Positions 27,851 to 32,000 of a stretch of DNA of 32,000 nt are shown piece after piece (within the stretch, counting starts at the first letter, position 1; each line of letters begins with the position of its first letter). The stretch comes from Vibrio alginolyticus NBRC 15630 = ATCC 17749 (GTDB lineage Bacteria > Pseudomonadota > Gammaproteobacteria > Enterobacterales > Vibrionaceae). Under the pieces are notes generated by a model. The model was not told the DNA's origin. It did not search any database and saw nothing but the letters and a program-made list of their open reading frames with translations. Location of the stretch: the NCBI RefSeq assembly GCF_000354175.2, contig NC_022349.1:1950001-1982000 (forward strand), given 5' to 3'. A program made the position numbers and the translations under genes.

Positions 27851-27878
27851 AAAAAGCACCTCCAAGGAGGTGCTTTTT
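27851..27878. terminator. Bidirectional terminator between the DUF481 gene and rplI
   Basis: aaaaagcacctcc-aa-ggaggtgcttttt, with A and T runs on both sides. Confidence 0.85.
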
Positions 27879-27900
27879 AGTATTTCGTCTTGATACTGAA

Positions 27901-28353
27901 TTACTCAGCAGCAACAACTTGTAGGTTCACAGTTGCGAAAACTTCAGAGTGAAGTTGAACGCTGATCTCGAACTCACCAGTTGTACGTAGAGCACCTTCA
28001 GGAAGGCGAACTTCGCTCTTAGCAACTTCAACGCCTGCAGCTGTGATAGCGTCAGCGATGTCACGAGTACCGATAGAACCGAATAGTTTGCCTTCGTCAC
28101 CAGCTTTAGAAGCGATAACTACAGCTTCTAGAGCGTTAACTTTCTCTGCGCGAGCTTCTGCAGCAGCTAGTTGCTCAGCAACTTTAGCTTCTAGTTCAGC
28201 ACGACGAGCTTCAAACATTTCAACGTTAGCTTTAGTTGCCATAACTGCTTTACCTTGTGGGATAAGGAAGTTACGAGCGTAGCCAGATTTAACGTTTGCA
28301 GTATCGCCAAGACCACCTAGGTTACCAATTTTATCAAGTAGAATAACTTGCAT
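27901..28353 (-). CDS. rplI: 50S ribosomal protein L9
   Basis: 150 aa. [37 protein letters not shown] is the canonical L9 N-terminus. Confidence 0.97.
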   Translation of the reverse strand: MQVILLDKIGNLGGLGDTANVKSGYARNFLIPQGKAVMATKANVEMFEARRAELEAKVAEQLAAAEARAEKVNALEAVVIASKAGDEGKLFGSIGTRDIADAITAAGVEVAKSEVRLPEGALRTTGEFEISVQLHSEVFATVNLQVVAAE

Positions 28354-28386
28354 TGCTTAATCCTCTTTCTTAATAAAATGAACCGA

Positions 28387-28617
<231 letters not shown>

Positions 28618-28630
28618 CTATCTCCTGATC

Positions 28631-28933
28631 TTAAATTTGAGTAATGTTGTCGGCGTGTAACACTAATTTTCCCACGCCATTTCGGCCGGTTTGATAAGTG
28701 ACAAAACCACTTACCTTAATGTTACTGCCTTGAACTAAATTCTGAGTTAGTGCTTGTGACCCAAGCCCGCTGACGACTACCGGCATACGACAATAAACTT
28801 GTCGAGGTAAGTCAGCTTCGATAATAGTAGAGCGATGCTCCAGCCAAAACCGACAGTGTTCAATGCCACCAGGGCTTTTACTACGAATGGGCGGTTTGGC
28901 AATGGTGCCGCTCAGCTCCATTCGATTGGCCAT
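28631..28933 (-). CDS. priB: Primosomal replication protein N (PriB)
   Basis: 100 aa. NRMELSGTIAKPPIRSKSPGGIEHCRFWLEHRS parallels E. coli PriB, and it lies between rpsF and rpsR. Confidence 0.93.
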   Translation of the reverse strand: MANRMELSGTIAKPPIRSKSPGGIEHCRFWLEHRSTIIEADLPRQVYCRMPVVVSGLGSQALTQNLVQGSNIKVSGFVTYQTGRNGVGKLVLHADNITQI

Positions 28934-28941
28934 AAGAAAAC

Positions 28942-29331
28942 TTACTCAGCAGCTTCTGACTTAGCTTCAGGCTTAGCTTCAGAACGCTCTTCACGACGTG
29001 GAGCACGCTCTTCTTTTTGCTTAAGCATGATAGATTGCTCAGTGATCGCTGCTTTAGTACGCATGATCATGTTACGTAGAACTGCATCGTTGAAACGGAA
29101 AGCAGTTTCTAGCTCATCAATTACAGCTTGGTCAGCTTCAACGTTCATAAGAACGTAGTGAGCTTTGTGAAGCTTGTTGATTGGGTAAGCCAGTTGACGA
29201 CGGCCCCAGTCTTCTAGACGGTGGATTTTACCGCCAGCTTCAGTGATTGAACCAGTGTAACGCTCGATCATGCCAGCAACTTGCTCGCTTTGATCTGGGT
29301 GCACCATGAATACGATTTCGTAATGACGCAT
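28942..29331 (-). CDS. rpsF: 30S ribosomal protein S6
   Basis: 129 aa. [18 protein letters not shown]... is canonical S6, with an acidic C-terminal tail. Confidence 0.97.
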   Translation of the reverse strand: MRHYEIVFMVHPDQSEQVAGMIERYTGSITEAGGKIHRLEDWGRRQLAYPINKLHKAHYVLMNVEADQAVIDELETAFRFNDAVLRNMIMRTKAAITEQSIMLKQKEERAPRREERSEAKPEAKSEAAE

Positions 29332-29428
29332 TGGTTGCTCCTTACGGATTATTCAGCTTCCACAAATGGCTCAGTCGTCCAGAGGAAGCAAGGAACTAAA
29401 GATAATTGACTGAGTTTAAGGAGCACGA

Positions 29429-29457
29429 ATAGTACAGAAAGGGCGTAAAATAGGCAA
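29429..29457 (-). promoter_or_regulatory. Candidate sigma-70 promoter of the rpsF-priB-rpsR-rplI operon
   Basis: The minus strand reads TTGCCT, a 17 nt spacer, then TACTAT, about 100 nt upstream of the rpsF ATG. This is a sequence match only. Confidence 0.4.
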
Positions 29458-29503
29458 GTGATTATTTGCTCATCGCAGCGGATATTTAATTTCTTCTAAT
29501 ACT

Positions 29504-29540
29504 AGAAAACACAAAGGCTGCCAACAACATGGCAGCCTTT
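29504..29540 (-). terminator. rho-independent terminator after rpe
   Basis: The minus strand reads aaaggctgcc-atgttgtt-ggcagccttt followed by GTGTTTTC, 36 nt after the rpe stop. Confidence 0.75.
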
Positions 29541-29575
29541 AAAATCAGTGTGTTATTGCGCTGGCTTATCGGTGC

Positions 29576-30247
29576 TTATTTAACTTCAGCCAGTTCAGCG
29601 CGCATTTGATCGATCACTTGTTTGTAATCTGGCTCACCGAAAATCGCCGAGCCTGCGACAAACATGTCTGCGCCCGCTTCTGCAATTTCACGAATGTTGT
29701 CAACCTTCACACCGCCATCGATTTCTAAGCGGATATCACGACCAGACTCGTCAATCATCTTACGAACGGCACGCAGTTTATCTAGTGTATGAGGAATGAA
29801 TGATTGACCACCAAAACCAGGGTTTACCGACATCAGTAGAATCATGTCGACTTTATCCATAATAAACTCAAGACTTGCAAGTGGCGTTGCTGGGTTTAGT
29901 ACCACACCAGCCTGACAGCCGTGCTCTTTAATTAACTGCAGTGTACGGTCTACATGATCAGAAGCTTCTACATGGAACGTAATCATCGACGCACCCGCTT
30001 TTGCGAAATCAGGAATAATACGGTCAACGGGTTTCACCATTAGGTGAACATCGATTGGCGCCGTGATGCCATAATCGCGTAGTGCTTTACACACAGGCGC
30101 ACCAAAAGTCAGGTTTGGTACATAGTGGTTATCCATAACGTCGAAATGCACCACATCCGCACCCGCTGCGAGTACTTTTTCTACATCTTCACCGAGACGA
30201 GCAAAATCTGCCGATAAAATGGATGGAGCAATAAGAAAATCTTTCAT
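29576..30247 (-). CDS. rpe: Ribulose-phosphate 3-epimerase
   Basis: 223 aa, with [31 protein letters not shown] and VNPGFGGQ motifs. Confidence 0.97.
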   Translation of the reverse strand: MKDFLIAPSILSADFARLGEDVEKVLAAGADVVHFDVMDNHYVPNLTFGAPVCKALRDYGITAPIDVHLMVKPVDRIIPDFAKAGASMITFHVEASDHVDRTLQLIKEHGCQAGVVLNPATPLASLEFIMDKVDMILLMSVNPGFGGQSFIPHTLDKLRAVRKMIDESGRDIRLEIDGGVKVDNIREIAEAGADMFVAGSAIFGEPDYKQVIDQMRAELAEVK

Positions 30248-30339
30248 ACCTGACCTCAGTAGTAATGAGCAAACAATCTGCGCGCAATTCTACCGAAGCC
30301 AGTGGGGAGATCCACTATTTAGATATAATAGTGTGAGAA

Positions 30340-31179
30340 TTAAGAGTTTGATTTATCCATGTCTGGGGCATGAAAAAGCGCAAGTAGCTCATCAACTTTA
30401 TTACGACCGTTACCATTACGGCTAATGGTACGCTTTACTTTTACCACATTAAGATCCGCACCGTGATACAACCGACGTGTCAAGGTAGTGTCGTGGTTAG
30501 AAATCAACACAGGAATGCCACGTTCAGTCGCTGTTCTTTCAGCAATGTCGGCTAATGCAGCTTGGTCGTCCAACGTGAAACCATTACCTGCGTATGAGGT
30601 GAAATTTGCCGTATTTGAAAGCGGTGCATAAGGTGGATCGCAATACACGACGCTCCCTTTGCGCGCACGACGAAATGTTTCAGGATAACCTTCACAAACG
30701 AACGTAGCTTTTTTGGCTTTTTCTGCAAAAAACTCCAGTTCCGCCTCAGGGAAATACGGCTTTTTGTAAGAGCCAAACGGTACATTGAAGCCACCTTTTT
30801 TGTTGTAACGGCATAGGCCATTAAAACCAAAGCGGTTCATATACAAAAACGCTAAAGAGCGGTACATCACGTCATCGGTTTTATTAAATTCAGCGCGAAT
30901 GTGTAGGTAGGCTTCTTTGCGGTTGTTCTCAGCGACAAACCAACGCTTCGCTTCAGAGATATACTCTTCAGGGCGTTCTTTCAGCAGGTTGTACAGATTG
31001 ATCAAATCTGGATTGATATCTGCAAGTAGATAATGGTCATAATCGGTATTCAGAAACACTGAGCCCGCACCAACAAAAGGTTCAACTAGCTTTCGAGCCG
31101 GCGGCAAATGACGTTGGATGTCTTCAACCAGTCCGTATTTTCCTCCTGCCCATTTAAGAAAGGCTCGTTGCTTTTTCAT
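30340..31179 (-). CDS. dam: DNA adenine methyltransferase (GATC-specific Dam)
   Basis: 279 aa. MKKQRAFLKWAGGKY, the DPPY catalytic motif (VYCDPPYAPL), and a position between damX and rpe. Confidence 0.96.
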   Translation of the reverse strand: MKKQRAFLKWAGGKYGLVEDIQRHLPPARKLVEPFVGAGSVFLNTDYDHYLLADINPDLINLYNLLKERPEEYISEAKRWFVAENNRKEAYLHIRAEFNKTDDVMYRSLAFLYMNRFGFNGLCRYNKKGGFNVPFGSYKKPYFPEAELEFFAEKAKKATFVCEGYPETFRRARKGSVVYCDPPYAPLSNTANFTSYAGNGFTLDDQAALADIAERTATERGIPVLISNHDTTLTRRLYHGADLNVVKVKRTISRNGNGRNKVDELLALFHAPDMDKSNS

Positions 31180-31248
31180 CTACTGCTCTATCTATCGACC
31201 AAAAATTAAGGCTGCGGAATGTAACATATTTTTCAGGGAAGCTCAGGT

Positions 31249-32000
31249 TTATTTCACTCGTTCAATTTCACGGTGAACCTGACGGAGTGATTTTGCCCAA
31301 GGACTCACCGACTTAACCGAATCTGGCAAGCTTGCGACGGCATCACGAGCCATTTGAATTGTAGGATAATCTTGATATGTGATGATATACCACTCGGTGT
31401 CATTACGAACGGTAGGATAAATTCGCACTTGATTATTCAGTTGATGCTCATTGAGAAAGGATTGTACATCTTCCATTGAGGTCATAGCTGCGAGTTGTAA
31501 AGTGTAAGCTCTTGGCGATAGCGCTTTTAGTTCTTCACGAGCAAATGAAAACTTCACAACAGGTTGGTTTGCGTCACCCTCTTCTGACTGAGCAGGTGCT
31601 TGCGTGATATCTTGATTCGGTTTTACGACTTTAATCAAAGGGGAGCTAGTTTCATCGGCGGTTTCTGTCTTCTCAGTACCGACGACATCATCAATCGCTT
31701 TTGTGTCTGCTGAATCAGCTTTACCTTCAAGCAATGCATCGACCACATTCGACTCAATCACCACTCTTTGTTGATTGTCATCACTGCCTACGCTCGCTAC
31801 TTCTTCTGTCACTGCTGGCGGTAATGAATCAGAATCATCAACCGCACCAGACTTATCAAGACTGCTAGAGCCATCGGTTACAGGTTGCAGTGAAGACTGC
31901 GCTGCACTGACTCCTGACTCTTCAAAAGTTGGAATAACCGTTTGCTCTAAACTGCCAGCAATTTGCTGCGCTTTATCATCAGGACTTGGTTGACTAAGCA
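31249..32000 (-). CDS. damX: DamX-like cell-division protein with C-terminal SPOR domain (5' end outside the window)
   Basis: The reading frame stays open from 31249 to the window edge. The ORF-track start at 31812 is only an internal GTG. It has an acidic, low-complexity linker and a C-terminal SPOR-like domain (YTLQLAAM...WYIITYQDYPTIQMARDAV), upstream of dam as in E. coli. Confidence 0.85.
   Translation of the reverse strand, partial: LSQPSPDDKAQQIAGSLEQTVIPTFEESGVSAAQSSLQPVTDGSSSLDKSGAVDDSDSLPPAVTEEVASVGSDDNQQRVVIESNVVDALLEGKADSADTKAIDDVVGTEKTETADETSSPLIKVVKPNQDITQAPAQSEEGDANQPVVKFSFAREELKALSPRAYTLQLAAMTSMEDVQSFLNEHQLNNQVRIYPTVRNDTEWYIITYQDYPTIQMARDAVASLPDSVKSVSPWAKSLRQVHREIERVK

Overview
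This window looks like an ordinary core-chromosome segment of a Vibrio. That assignment is an inference: the rRNA sequences and the housekeeping proteins resemble E. coli and Vibrio orthologues as I recall them, and the 16S variable regions look Harveyi-clade-like. I ran no database search. Left to right the content is: a CPA1 Na+/H+ antiporter gene; a ~660 bp spacer I cannot assign; two complete rRNA operons in head-to-tail tandem on the minus strand (16S, tRNA-Ile, tRNA-Ala, 23S, 5S; the distal copy also carries tRNA-Asp); cysJIH; a small orphan gene; a beta-barrel OMP gene; pspG; dusA; zur plus a CheX-like gene; pgi; yjbQ; alr; dnaB; a DUF481 OMP gene; rpsF-priB-rpsR-rplI; rpe; dam; and the 3' part of damX, which runs off the window. 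The order dusA-pspG...dnaB-alr and damX-dam-rpe matches E. coli synteny. I found no integrase, transposase, CRISPR array, toxin-antitoxin pair, defence-type gene or accessory island, so I do not think this window holds a novel multi-gene system. The most interesting signals are small. (1) Two adjacent 23S hairpins differ between the tandem copies only by fully compensatory changes. (2) The two tandem operons have different promoter sets. (3) pspG has a complete sigma-54 / IHF-like / upstream-palindrome architecture. (4) The 660 bp spacer next to the rrn terminator is unexplained. (5) There is an uncharacterised 76-aa gene and a zur/CheX-like gene pair. Coordinates of RNA ends and start codons were read by eye and may be off by a few nt.
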